From the human T2T-CHM13v2.0 reference genome, Homo sapiens: a DNA stretch of 64,000 nt. Position 1 is the stretch's first letter. Each line of letters begins with the position of its first letter. The notes under the pieces are model-generated. The model was not told where the DNA came from. It saw only the letters and a list, made by a program, of their open reading frames with translations, and did not search any database. The stretch lies in assembly GCF_009914755.1 (NCBI RefSeq), contig NC_060929.1. One strand, given 5' to 3'. Below, piece by piece: positions 42,961 to 58,240 of the stretch. The position numbers were made by a program, and so were the translations under genes.

Positions 42961-43618
42961 ATGAAAAGTGGTTTAGTTATTGCTGGGATACTTCTGATGC
43001 TTACCAAATCCGTATTTCTTATCCACACTGTTATAGTGGAAGTTTACTTCTCCGCTTATGTTTAAAGGTTTTTAAAAATAGAATTTATCTTATTAGAAAA
43101 CACTGATATGAAATGTGAAATGATATAAAGAAGCATCCCTAGAAGCATATGGAAGTACCTATTTACAAATGAGTGGCTAATAAAAGCAACTGTAAAAGCA
43201 AGGTGAATTTAGGGTTTACCCCAATTATAACAAAATGTGTGACCTGCCAGCAGTGCTTCTCTTATCCTCATAGGCAGTTTAAAGGGGGCGCATGTGATGA
43301 AAAGTGAAGAATCTGACAAGGCAAAGGCATAACATTCATTTTAAAACTCACTTGCACAAAGGCTGTCTATTAGAAGAGTCACAGAGGAATCCATAGCTCT
43401 TTAGTACAGGGATGAAACATGCTTGCCAGTTTCACCGGCCTTCACTTTATCAGGGGATGGTCTACCCCTCTCTCTAGTCTAGGAAAAAAGCACATAATTT
43501 GAACAGAGACAATTCTTCAAATAATCTTTCAGATAAATGAATAGGATTTTACTTTCTCTTTTTATTCATATCAATTTATTACCTGTGAATTTTTCTGCAA
43601 AAGGGGAAATGAATTGGA

Positions 43619-43918
43619 CCAGCAGGTCTCAAAGTATGAGCTGATGAACATTCACTCCTCCAAGAAATCTAGGGTAAAAAGAGAGTCCCAGGCCTTAAAA
43701 GCCTGTGGAATTCTGCTTTGTATATGACTGTCATGAGATCCATTCCACACTTGAGCATATTAAAGGCTGTGAAAAGACCTGAGGTAAAGAAAAAACTATT
43801 GCCTTTGTTTAGTCCAGATTTACCCAAGTTATTTGACCATAGTGATTTTTTTCCTTCTATAGCATTTATATATATCCAATACAATTACAGTCCTATGAAA
43901 CACACTTTGGGAAATGCT
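43619..43918. mobile_element. MER103-like hAT-Charlie element
   Basis: AGCATATTAAAGGCTGTGAAAAG, CCCAAGTTATTTGACCA and CACACTTTGGGAAATGCT motifs. Confidence 0.7.
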
Positions 43919-45075
43919 AACTTTAGGTATTTCTTTCTTCAATTTGCGGGATTAAGAGGACCTCCCAAGACCAGAGGTGCTGATTGGTGTAGGACATGAG
44001 GAAAAGTTTCCACCAACATTAGTACTCTGAAGCTCCCTGGCCTTTACTTAGAGACCAAGTGTTGCAGGCCACAATCAGATCATTTAGGCCACTCTTGAAG
44101 CAGAAAATATGAGGCCAAACCAGTGACACCATCATCCTGCACCTCACAGGCAGCAGCTCCACTAAGAATACCTCCCTCTGCTAGGAAAACTTCGCTCTAC
44201 TCAGACAGCTCACCAACTACCAAGAAGAAACACAGCAATTTTTATTTATTCATTTATGAATTCATTTTTTCCACAATTAGAAGACAGAGTGCTAGGATTC
44301 ATTCCGATTATCCTCCATGCTCATCTGGCAGCGCAGAGTGAAAACTAGAGAAAATGGGCGTGTCATGATAGTGTCGCTCTGAGTTGTGTGTGGCACAGTT
44401 GAACATTACGAAATGACTTTATCTCTCTTCCATTGCTACATTGTTTCATGCTTTCTGAATCTCTCTTTCCTACCCTATCCATAACAACTTGGACAAATTC
44501 CTTAACTTTCTGATTGCCTTGTCATTTTTATAGTCCAGGCTAGTCCTGTCCAATTGGAAGTTCCAGTGTCATATGTAATCTAAAGCTTTTTCAGTTCCTT
44601 GGCCTCAGCCAGGCTGCAGCCCCAAGGAAACTGGATTGGGGAGAGATTGTTTCCCTTTTCCTCATTTCCATGAATCTTCTAGTTCTAACCCCTCATCATC
44701 AGGTACAGAGAGGAGAAAATGGACAAAGCAAGTGTCTCTTATCTTACTGGTCATGGCGTCTCTCAGCCCATCTTTGCTGGCCATCAATACTCTCTGTGTG
44801 GCTGGCATTCAAATAAAGCTCTCCCATGTGAACCAAGGCTGAGTTTTCAGGCATCCAACAGAGCTGCCTGACTGTACAGTTTCCTAAGATGATAGACCCA
44901 CTCCAGCTCAACCTCCTCCAACTCTTGTGTTTGCATCTCCTTGTAGTCTCTTGCTGTTTGGATCCCCTCATCCAGAAAGTATTCCTCATGGATGGAATAT
45001 AGGAATCAAGGCCTGTGGCCAGGCTCTCGTCTGAAGTGTGCCATTGACCCAAGGGGTTAGCTTTTAAGGGGCTTT

Positions 45076-45483
45076 CTATTAGTTGGGGTAATGCCAGCTG
45101 CTATAACACATAAACCTGAAAATGAAAGTGCTTTAACTGGCAGAAGTTTATTTCTCTTCTGAGTAAAGCCTGAAGTGGGTGTCCTTGGTCAGATGATGAT
45201 GACTTTCAGATACCCCTGCTCCATCTGTCTTACAGCTCTGTCCTTCTCTAGAGCCCTGGCATCATCAGCATTAAGCCTCTGAACAAATGGAGTGCAGAAG
45301 ATTGCATGGGAAGTTTTTATAGGATAGGCCTGGAAATAGCAAACGCTGCTTTCTTCACAGTCCACTAATAGACCTTTGGAGGTCAAAACTAGCTGCAAAG
45401 CAGGTTGGAAATTATAGTCTCACCATGTGCCTAGAAGGAAAAAGGAAATGTGTTTTCGTGCCTATATTGCAGTCTATGCCATA
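45076..45483 (-). mobile_element. MLT1J-like MaLR LTR
   Basis: TAATGCCAGCTGCTATAACA...GGCCTGGAAATAGC...CTAGCTGCAAAG signatures. Confidence 0.75.
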
Positions 45484-45489
45484 GAGTTG

Positions 45490-46780
45490 TTCCACTCTTC
45501 CATTACCTTTTTCCACTCTCCATGGCAGTAATAAGTGTCATTCAACAGCATCCCTGAGCTACTCTTGGCCCCTATTGCAAAGCACCAACCTTATTTCCCC
45601 TTGATAATCAGGGTGAATCATCCCACAACACAGTGGCATAGTTTTTCCCTTTTGGCCCAGTAGCCTGCAGAGCCCAATAATCAAATGGCAGTCTCAACAT
45701 TCAATTAAATGGACCCATTGTTATGTCCCCTAGTGAAAGTAATTTTCTTTTGCATCACGAAATCTTTGAGCTAGCAGAGCCCAAATCTGTGGAATTGGAA
45801 AATAAAATATTTACAAGTGAGATTTACATGTAATAATGAGAACTACCATTCTAACTATAAATTCAGTTTATGGAGACATTGAGCTCTAGATTGAGCTCTA
45901 GATCAGCTAAATGTTAATCACTAGATCAGAGCATCCCATGGGATAGTAGCCCAACCTCACAATGTTGTCTCTCAACTCTTGCTGGAACTGAGTTCTCAAC
46001 AGGCCAATCCACTCTTTTGGGTAATGAGGAACATGGTAAAAATCAGAGAATCCCATGGGCATGAACCCACTGCTTTGCTTTTTTTGTTGTTGTTGTTCAG
46101 AAGCAGTGTTGGGTGGCTCACCATAACAGTGAATGTTGCAATGTAAGTCCGTTGATAGTAGCAGTGGCAGGATCGTAGCATGCAGGGAAAGCAAATCTAT
46201 ATCCAGAATTGTGTCTTTTACAAGAGGGAGGAGATCTGATAGAACTAAACTGCAGTCAAGCTGCTGCCTGGTCTTCTCTACAGAATAAGAATGGGGGGGG
46301 GCGGTTAGAAGAAAATATATACCACATTTTGGTCATGTGCAGTGGCTCACACCTGTAATCTCAGCACTTTGAGAGGCTGAGGTGGGAGGATCACTTGAGC
46401 TCAGGAGCTTGCCACCAGCCTGGGCAACATAATGAGACCTCGCCTCTACTAAAAAAAAAAAAAAGGTAAAATGAGCCAGGCATGGTGGCATGCACCTGTT
46501 AAGGTAGATGAGCAGTCACAAAAAAATAAGTGCACTTCAAGTTTCTATCACTCTAAGTCTTTGGATTCCTGCTACTATGTTGTACTGATGAATCCCTGGC
46601 ACTGATAAGACCTGTTTTGAATCAACCAACCAAGCCAATAGAACCCAGAATATCTGCTAAGTGCATACATGCACAATCAAAAATTGTGTTTCTCTCTACC
46701 TAGTATAATACCCTTAGACTCTCCTTCTTCTCAAAATCTTGCAGTTCTTCTGGTGTGAGAACCCTCCACTCCTGGGTCTG
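45490..46780 (-). mobile_element. ERVL internal fossil (dUTPase, integrase, leader/PBS), interrupted by an Alu
   Basis: Minus-strand GMIHPDYQGEI (45593-45624); KQWVHAHGI*/YHVPHYP-KEWIGLLRTQFQQELRDN (~45960-46075); PBS-like CCAGGAGTGG at 46766-46775. Confidence 0.75.
46331..46499 (+). mobile_element. 3'-truncated AluJ
   Basis: Left arm plus linker; right arm ends abruptly at GCACCTGT with no tail. Confidence 0.9.
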
Positions 46781-47079
46781 ATTTTGTAATTAGCCAATGG
46801 AGCCTGCTGAGGTCGGCCGCTAGATACAGGTCTGGAGGCAGTGCGGGCTGGTAAGGTGGGGACATGAGGAGAAGGGGCATGTCTTGCAAGGTAACCATCC
46901 CAATTAGGTTACTAAGCCATCTTTAAGCCAGACCACATCAGTCTCAGCAGACAGAGGAAGATGGCCTGCTATGGCCAGCAAGGAAGCACAGGGGGTGGTT
47001 GGGGTTTCAGAATATTCAGCTCATCGGAATCTTCAGTGTTTCTGAAGATTTTAGTGAAAATAGTTCTTTCAATTTCTAC

Positions 47080-47430
47080 TTGCAGCCCCCTCTCTCCCTA
47101 AGACTCACGTCTGAGTCCCTGGGGGACAAATCCAAGTGACAGCATCATGCCATGCTTGGAATTGTCCTTCCAATGTGATGGCTGAGGCTTCTTTACTGGC
47201 CCAAGCTTGCCTGCTTGACACTTCCCTCCCTGAGAACAACTTCTCTCCTGGGAGGCATCATAGCATCTCCAGCTCAGACTCCAGGCAGGCTGACCCTAAG
47301 TATGTCAGACACATCTGGACCTGTTAGATCCCAGAGGTAAACACAGCTCATGCTAAAACAGGAGTCCCTGCTACTTTCTTTAAAGCAAACCTCGATTCTA
47401 TCTACTCTCTGCTCAACATCATCAAAGACA
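47080..47430 (+). mobile_element. L2 fragment
   Basis: CCCCTCTCTCCCTAAGACTC... and CTACTCTCTGCTCAACATC L2-like motifs. Confidence 0.45.
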
Positions 47431-48049
47431 TCTCATGAAAATGTGCAAATAAAATGTTTGCTTCCAATCTCACGTATAGGTTGGGCACCAAGCCTATAAA
47501 TACTATTTTTAAAGGAAAAGTTCATGATGTGAATTTGAGACAGTTTTAAAGTTCATTTGTTTTTATGACAATTTCAGGCCAATTTTGTACAGTCTTGTTT
47601 TTATGGCCAAATCAAACTCCAAAAGCGCTGGATTACCTGCCCAAAGATGTTAAATGTGCTGCAGTGACTTAATTTTGGTGTCATGTTTATATATTTTTAA
47701 TTGTATTTATTAGGAAGTATTTGCCTATTTTTCTAACTGAATTAAGCCAGATGTGTGTATGATAAGGATGAAGTCTCTTCCCAACTCAGTTGAAACTTAT
47801 TATCAAGACAATGTAGACAAGGATAGAGATGCAACTCCCATCCTGTGCAGAACTTACAGCTGGAATGAAGGACAACTTCATCAAATCAAGAACATAAAAG
47901 GTGGTCATAGAGAGGATTCTGAGATGAGATTACTGAAGAAATTCCTTTGGAAGGCTCTGTTATTGCAGACTCCCCACCCACCTTTGTTAAGAGGAGCTGC
48001 TACCTTCCCATCTTAAGCCTAATTAAGGGAATACTTCATTAAGGGGGAC

Positions 48050-49170
48050 TCAATTGTATGACACAGAGAGCTATGAAATGTGTTCCCTGCAGTTGGGAGG
48101 CTCATGCTGGAGAGAGGGAAAGCAGACAAGAACTGGGGACTGAGAGGGGCTGGCTCACTATTCAGGTGACCGAGCCAGGAGCATTCTGCTTCACTGGGAT
48201 CAGCAAGAGTTTATCAGTATATAGATGTGTATTTCCCATGGACCAGATGTGGGCCACTTGGGAAAGAACTGTCATGGGGTTGCCTTGGGCTGTAAACAAT
48301 AGGGCTGCCTCGAGGAACAAGGTGGCCTGAATAGAAAGAGTCTTGAAATGCCTGGGACCTAGGAAAGCAGCCCCAACCTGAATAGAACCATCTATGCCTG
48401 GGGCAAGGTACTTACTATAGGAGAAGAGGGTCCAGAGTTAGACGACCTCTGAGGACTCCATCAAAGTTCTCCAAGAGAGGAAATGTCCACTCTAATCATA
48501 TACTGAGCCCCCCACAAACAGCAGCTTGAACAGCCAGGCCCAGAAAATATAAAGAAGAGTCCCATGACCTTGCTATTTATCCTTACTAGCAACTTTGACA
48601 CTGACATGGAGCAGGAAACAAAGTCATAAATGGGGATCTGTGGCTAGGAGAGAGGAAACAGAAGAACCACATCTCTTGCCCCAGTGCAGACTTCTAGCAG
48701 GAAGCAAGTCCCAGTGGAGGAGGGAAGATTCACACCAAGCTGAGTTTGGAGGTTTGACCACTGCATGTATATGACACAGTCTGATTACTGAATTGAGGCT
48801 ATCTACCAACTAAGGAAGGCCTAAAATAGTCATGGACCCTGGAACAAGGAGAGATTACTTCCATCAAAGGAAATTTCAACAGGCAGCGGGAGATCACTTG
48901 CATGGTGATTTCAATTCTTTTCCCTGTTATAAATAGACCATCACTGAGTTTGTCCTTATTCTTCTTCTCTTTCTTTCTCTCTCTTTCCCTTTCTCTCTCT
49001 TTTCCTCTGTCTTTCCCTTTCTCTCTCTTTTCCTCTGTCTTTCCCGTCAGCTTACAGGCCTTTGTCCAGGATGAAATGTTAAAAGCCCTTTCCTACCTCT
49101 GCAATTTCCACAACTTGTGTGTCCCAGCTCACGGGGGTTAAGAGGCTTGCTGGCTAACAGGGGACATTAC
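48050..49170. mobile_element. Possible ancient LTR (family unassigned) containing a CT-rich tract
   Basis: GA-rich body ending in ...GGGGACATTACA; CT tract 48960-49045 with a 28-bp tandem duplication. Family not recognised. Confidence 0.3.
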
Positions 49171-49466
49171 AGGGTTTTTACTTTTAAGTTGAATAGTTGT
49201 TTAACTCATCGGAATGGCAGAAAGTTGAAAACTAATATAAACCATGATTATTCCTCATCATGGATTTTTATCTACAAGAAATATTTAACCTAAGCCATGA
49301 ACCCAGTTATCTACGTAGCCAGCTCCTCAAAGCATGTTTTTAACTTTCTTCTCACTTAATCTAAAAGTTATCCACAAATTTCTTAAGACACCTAGGATAA
49401 GATTCAACCTCTACTTCTAATACGCCATAATTTCTAGAGCAAGTCTCCTGACTAAAGCCATCTTAA

Positions 49467-49800
<334 letters not shown>

Positions 49801-50315
49801 TTAACATTTTCTTAATGGACTCCAACATAGCGATGTGACAAGAGCAACATAGAGTGGCACATGCTTTACTGTTGCTTAATTTTTCTCACTAAGGAATAGA
49901 AATTTGTTTTCTGCATCCCCCACTCCATTGCACCCTATTGCTCAGCCAAATGAGTTAAAATTTTAAATTAAAATGTCAAGGATAATTTATAGGTGAGAAC
50001 CTACCCTGACTATGTTTCAATTGGGGATGAAGTGGGATGGTCAGGGGGAGGAAGCTCCACCTATCATCTATACAGTAGAAAGCAGGGTTTACAGACGTCT
50101 ATGTTATCTGGTGTTTCTCCAGCGCAGCCCAGGTGGGCCACACTCAAGCCCAGGATTGTGCAAGAGGCCAGGCAAAGCCACAGTGTGAAGGTGACCCTAG
50201 AGCATCAGATTTACAAACTTTGAGGGGCAAACATGATTTTGGCAATAAAACAATTTAGAATTCTTATTGAGTAGACCGCAAAATGTGCATAGGTGTTTAA
50301 GATAACATTGAAGAG

Positions 50316-50804
<489 letters not shown>

Positions 50805-52599
50805 TGACTTAAAAATAGCTAGTAGGTATCTGCTCCTCTGCACACCTGAGTCATTTGTTCTCCACATTAATACCTTAGGACATGAATATGGTCACTCCTC
50901 AGTTTAGAGGAGAAGAAGCTAAAACTTTAAAAGGTTAAGTAACATGTCCAAAGACTCATAAGTAAAGTAAAAATTTCAACCCATATCCAGCTGATTGCAA
51001 AGCTCATTCTCTTAATCAGAACATTCCACCTGCTTCTATCTGGTGGCATATTGGTTTGCTGCCCCCACATTGACTGGAGAGGATTGCCTTAGACAAGAAA
51101 ACATCCAAGGATGCTGTGGCAGGTGTCTTGGTGTCTCACAGGCAATTGCCACTACAATCACTCATCAAAGATAAAGTGCCAAAGTCATTTTTCTTTAGTT
51201 GTAAGCAGCAGGAAGTGTTGTGCATGCAGACAGCAATCTGTTGAGCTATGAAAAGTGATGATTCATTCTGTTTTTAAAAAATATTTCTAAATGACTTTAA
51301 ATGAAAACAAATATTTTCCCATTAGTGGTAGCATCAGAACACATAGTAAATTTCAAAGCACCTGTGACCAAAGTTTTAGGATGAACGCTGCCTTGTTCTT
51401 AGCAGTTTTCCAGGTTTATATAAAGTGTGGCTGACTCTAATTGCATTAGCAAAATAAAGGATTCCTGTAAAATTACCCTGCAGCCCAAATAGAAACAACC
51501 AGAGAAGGCTCAACAACCAAGAGCTGTGAGAGGTTATTTATTTGCTAAAATCTTATTCTGGAGACTTTTTTCCATATAGTTCAACGTAATTTAGTTTTAA
51601 AAACTAAAAACCTGTCTTATGTAAATGAAGGTGCCTAGCCAACATAAGGAAATTGTTTTAAAGGTTTTTATTAAGTATGTGTGTTATATGATTCTTCTTT
51701 TAAGCAATTACACTATCCACTCTGGCCAGGAAAGCTTTCTTCCTAATGATATTAAAACAAGAAAAAGGACTCATTGGCATGAGTACGATGTTTAACTGTT
51801 CAAATTAAAAGCAGACCTCAAAGCAATCTTTCAAAGTAAGTATTGGAAATAACTTTTCTGTGAACTAAAGCTGGTAATGACTTGGGGGAAGCAAAACCAC
51901 CTCTCTGTCCTTTTTCCACTCATTTCCAACTACTCTGTGCTAAGGTAGTCCCTGATAATCATACATATTTTATTTTCATCCAACTTATCAGGCGTCTTAA
52001 TTTAAAAAAGAATCCCATAGTAAAGTACTTACTCAACACGATGAAAGTTCCCTTGCCTTTTGCAATTTCTATTTCATGACAGCCTTCTCTTTATATAGTT
52101 CTTTTCATCTCTTTACTTTAAGGACTTGTTTTAGACTCTAATTATTCTTGAGACTTCGGGTTAACACTACCATTAAATCTTGTATAGGTAGATGATAAAT
52201 TGGTGGCTAACAAGTTGTACTGATCTTTTTCTCAGAATTCTTCTTGTTTGAACTCAACCATCATAAAGCAATATTAAGAAATATCCACATTCCTGAATCC
52301 TCTCACAAGCAAAACATGCACACACACACACACACACAATTATACCACCCCAAAAAACCTAGGTAGTATTATGAGAGATCATGCATTGTCTCTAGAAAAG
52401 GATTTATGTTGGCCCTTTGGCAGGCAATTTGAGGAAAAATTCTAAATAAGTTATGTCATAGTTTGCAAATTTCATGCTTCATGCCTTTAACCATTTCAAA
52501 AGGATCTTAGTCTCCCCCTTCATCCCCTCAATAAGAATTCATTAAATTAGTGTTCCCTTAAAATAAAGATAAGATGGAATGCAGAGGGTTTTTTTTCCC

Positions 52600-52747
52600 T
52601 AAAAAGTTCTCACCACGAAAATAATAATGATGTGAGGTTATGCATATGTTAATTAGCTAGATCTAATCATTCCACAATGTATATATACTTCAAAACATCA
52701 TGTAGTACCCAACAAATACATGCAATTTTATATATTTTTTAAATAAA
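52600..52747 (+). mobile_element. L1M (L1MA-like) 3'UTR end
   Basis: TTCTCACCAC...TATGTTAATTAGCT...TCATTCCACAATGTATATATACTTCAAAACATCATG. Confidence 0.85.
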
Positions 52748-53439
52748 TTTGGGGAAAAAAAGGTGAGCCTAACCACTGATAGTCTGTGTTCCTTTCCTTC
52801 ACAGCACAAATGAGGATGTCCCATTTTCTGCCTTTTGGGTTTTACCAGCTGCTGTAGGTTTTCCACACTGAGTAGTTGCAGTAGACTGGCTGCCCTCTGT
52901 CCAACATGCAATGCCACTTGGTATCATTCATGGTTTGATCCCGAGAACAATCCACCTATTATATAATTTTCCCCTCACATGTCATTCCACTGACCTCAAT
53001 CAACTGATGTGGTGATGAAATGAAACACGTTCATGGAGAAGCTGAGAAAAGTGTGCAAAGTACACCTACAAGGAGAGTTTCCCCATGTTTTCCATAATGT
53101 GGCCATCCAGAATGAGGAAGGAACAAGAATACTTGAACATCACAGAGACCAAACCATTTCCATATGTCAAAACCAGAGAGCCTGGGATCAAAGTTATACT
53201 TGGAAAAGGGCTGTAAGAAATGAAAAACCACCTAGCAGCATCTGTACTTCCCTTAAAATCCAACCTCCACTGGCTTCCTCTGAATCCATCAGGGTCTTAA
53301 ATATTTAAAGAAAGGCTAAATTCAGAAGGTATTTAAGAAATGGGCAGGCCCTGCTGGGTCCTGATGAGTCCAGTGCCTCCGGGAGCTGCCCAATGGGCCA
53401 GCAGTCTCTGTGGAATCCAGGTGACCCTTCCCACTAGGG

Positions 53440-54653
<1,214 letters not shown>

Positions 54654-55909
54654 GCCACTTTCCTGGACACAGAATCAATGTGATACCAAGAAGGACAAAC
54701 AATGCACACACTGTGTTTGGCAGCAAGACCAATGCGAGAAAAAGCACCAAACACTTAGAAACCCAAAGGGAGCATTTTGACTCAGTCTTGTGGGAGGCGC
54801 TTGACTTCTCCTCTCACTTAATGGCCTATATGATTGTTGCAAAGCTCTCTACTGCCCCTGTAAGGCATCATGGGCACCAAGCCATGAATGCCTTCACTGC
54901 ATCCTGAAGAACCAAAGCATTTTTATAGCAAACATCACCTACTCCCTGCAATCCTCACCGCTTGGGCAGTCTGGACTATACAGGAACTGGAACCAAACCA
55001 AACCAGGGCGAGGACACTAGGTCTAAGGGGGACAGCTCCACACTTCTTTCCTTCTGGCAAGTTCAGAAGTCACACCTGAAAGCAGGTAGATGTCTAGAAT
55101 ATAGAGGGATGCTGTATTTTCTTGTTCTGTGAGTTGATAACAAGGAGTTTTTAATCTCAGCTCTGAGAGTTGCAAATGGGAATTGGAAGTCACTTCACTA
55201 CCCACCTCTTGGGAACTGATTCCACAAGTTTATATCCATAATCCCGAGTAGGCTTCATGACCAGTTTTCCCTCTGAACATTGAAATGTAGAGAAAATGAC
55301 AGAAGTTAGAATAGCAACTCCCTTAGATCATTGAACAAAGCATATGAATGTTACTCTTCTCACATTGTTAGCATTTCTGTATGTTAACCTGTACTTCTAC
55401 CCATCAAGCTGCCCTTTTTATTATAAATAAATGTCAAGTTTAAATAAATCTGAAGTAAGATTATTTTTATGTTCATATTCCAAAATGACACTTCAAAAGT
55501 TTATAAAAAATTCCAGGCCAAGCAAAATAAAGACTGCGCCTAATTTCCTCTTTCCCATATAGCTGAAGCTGTATTTTCTAGACATTTTAGTCCATATCCA
55601 TCAAGAAAAAAATTCTGGGACAAAAATTGGAGCCTTTAATGCTGATTCTTTGCATCTTAATTAATGGTTGCCCATGACCTGGAACACCAACTATTGCACT
55701 TCTGGCATTATCTGAGGGTGGCTGTGATTCAATTAATTGAAATTTTTTGCTGTGGCTAAAGAAAATGTGAAATGAGATATTTATAACCATGGATACCTGG
55801 TTTTTATTTACAGTCATAAGAAAGAAATTCTACATTAGTACGGGAACCACAACATCTTCTAAAGACAGGATGTCAGAAATACTTGACAGAATACTTTTAA
55901 GGTGTATTA

Positions 55910-55943
55910 TGTGTGTGTGGTGTGTGTGTGTGTGTGTGTGTGT
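55910..55943. repeat. (TG)n microsatellite
   Basis: Direct inspection. Confidence 0.9.
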
Positions 55944-56549
55944 ATTTTTATTAATCATAAAAATGCTCATTTTACAAAAACTTTTTACTGAGTTGTGGAA
56001 AAAATAAACAGCTTCATGAAGTCCATTAAACAATTGCTAATCAAATAATCCAGTCAATAATTTGGATGCTCCAAATGGAATGATACCTGAGTTTGACAGT
56101 AGTTTATAGAGCTAAATTATATTTTGGCTTAGTTTTCATGTTCAGGGAAACTCGTGTGATAATTGGTAGGTGTGCAAATATACTGGCACTTTAGATTCTT
56201 ATAAGGAAAAATACATTAGGAAATTCTATTTGTCCTGTCAAATGAAATAAATAAGAGCAAGTCAATGGCATGCTTAAGTACCAAACGATGCCTGTTCTTA
56301 GGTATAAAGTTTTCTTTTCTGAAGAAAAATAATACATAGAAAAAAGAGCTTTTTGTTTTTTTTTTAAGAAGGCTGCCTTTTATGATACTCTGACAATGTT
56401 CTTTACTGATATTAACTGACTCAAATACAGTAAATTGTTACATGTGCTAGTCTCATATGGCTCTTTGCAGGCAATAATATTAAAATCAGTACTGGCTAAT
56501 ATTTATTTCCTGATAATGTAGCAATGTGCTAAGTGTTTTATGTACTTTA

Positions 56550-57295
56550 TATGTTAGTCTGCTCAAGCTGTTATAACAAAAATACCATGGACTAAGTGGC
56601 TTATAAACAACAGAAATTTATATCTCAATGTTTTGGAAACTAGGAAGTCCAAGATCAAGGCACCAGCAAATTCAGTGCCCAGGGAGGCCTGGCTTCCTGA
56701 TTCATGGACTATCTTCCTGCTTTGTCCTCACATGCCAGAAGGGGTCAGGGATCTCATATGGTTTGGTTCTGTGTCCCCACCCAAATCTCATCTTGAATTG
56801 TAGTTCCCATAATCCCCACATGCCGTCGGAGGGACCCAGTGGGAGGTAATTTATCATGGGGGCAGTTACCCTCATGCTGTTCTCATGATAATGAGTGAGT
56901 TCTCACAAGATCTGATGGTTTTACAAGGGGCTTTTCTCTCTTTGCTCAGCACTTCTCCTTCCTGCCATCATGTGAAGAAGGACATGTTTGCTTTCCCCTT
57001 CCTCCATGATTGTAAGTTTCCTGAGGCCTCCCCAGCCCTGCTGAATTGTGAGCCAATTAAGCCTCTTTCCTTTATAAATTACCCAGTCTTGGGTATGTCT
57101 TTATTAGCAGAGTGAGAACAGAGTAATACAGGACCTCTCTGGGATCTCCTTTCTAAGGGCACTAATCTCATTCATGAAGGCAATGCCCTCATGATCTAAT
57201 CACCTTCCAAATAACTCACCTCCAAATACCATCACATTGGGGATTAGGTTTCAACATATAATTTTTGCAAGCATATATATATTCAATCAATAGCA
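56550..57295 (-). mobile_element. MLT1A0-like MaLR LTR split by a THE1
   Basis: GCTGTTATAACAAAATACCATGGACT...; resumes after 57135 with AAGGGCACTAATCTCATTCATG...ATAGCA. Confidence 0.88.
56754..57130 (+). mobile_element. THE1C/D-like MaLR solo LTR
   Basis: T.ATATGGTTTGG..TGTGTCCCCACCCAAATCTC start; ...TAATACA end; TSD GGATC/GGACC. Confidence 0.92.
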
Positions 57296-57508
57296 CTGTA
57301 TCATATTTAATTTTTATAATAAACCTGTGGAGCCTTAGAAGAAACCTAACTCAACTATCTCACCTGGAGTGAAATTTTAAATAGGACAGCCAAACTATAA
57401 CAGGACTGATACAGGGTTTTTTTTTTTTAGAAGCGAATCTGAATGAAATTGTTAATATTGACTAACTTTTCAGAAAAATCTGCTTTTTAAAAAAAGAAAA
57501 GGTAAATA

Positions 57509-58240
57509 CAGTAATCCCTCCTGATCTGAGGTTTCTCTTTCCATGGCTTCAGTTACCCACAGTCGACCACAGTCCAAAAATATTACATGGAAAATTCCAG
57601 AAATAAATAATTCATAAATTTTAAGCTGCACACTGTTCTGGACAGCGTGGTGAAATCTTGCCCCCTCCCACAACATCCTGCCTGGATTGTGAATTTTCCT
57701 TTTTACCAGCTTATCCACGCTGTCTACACGACCCACCTGTTAGTCACTTAGCCCTCGTGGTTATCAAATAGACTGTCCAAGTATCACAGTGCTTGTGTTC
57801 AGGTCACCCTAATTTTATATTTTAATGCCCTAAAGTGCAAAAGTAGTGATACCAGCCATTTGGAAATGCCAAAGATAAGTTGTAAAGTGCTTCCTTTAAG
57901 TGAAAAGGTGAATGTTCTCCACTTAATAAGGAAAGAAAAAAAATTGTATGCCGAGGTTGCTAAGATCTTCAGTAAGAACGAATCTTCTATTCATTTGTGA
58001 AATCATGGAGAAGGAAAAAGAAATTTGTGCTAGTTTTGCTGTCTCATGTCAAACTGCAAAAGTTATGGCCATAGTACATGATAAGTGCTTAGTTAAGATG
58101 GAAAAGGCATTACATTGTGGGTGGAAGACATGAACAGAAATGTCTTCCAACTGACAGCAATTGGGTTCGATACTATCCTTGATTTCAGGCACCTATTGGG
58201 GGTCTTAGAACGTGTTCCCTGAGGATAAAGAGGACAACTG
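57509..58240 (+). mobile_element. MER44C-like Tigger7 deletion derivative
   Basis: TA-CAGTAATCCCTCC...GAGGACAACTG-TA, 732 bp; retains a transposase N-terminal remnant (CKVLPLSEKVNVLHLIRKEKK). Confidence 0.88.

Noticed and set aside
45878-45903. 12-bp tandem duplication ATTGAGCTCTAG x2
   Set aside because: Ordinary microduplication within a dead ERV.
57948-58133. ORF inside the Tigger element as a domesticated transposase
   Set aside because: Short remnant of a non-autonomous MER44 with no catalytic domain.
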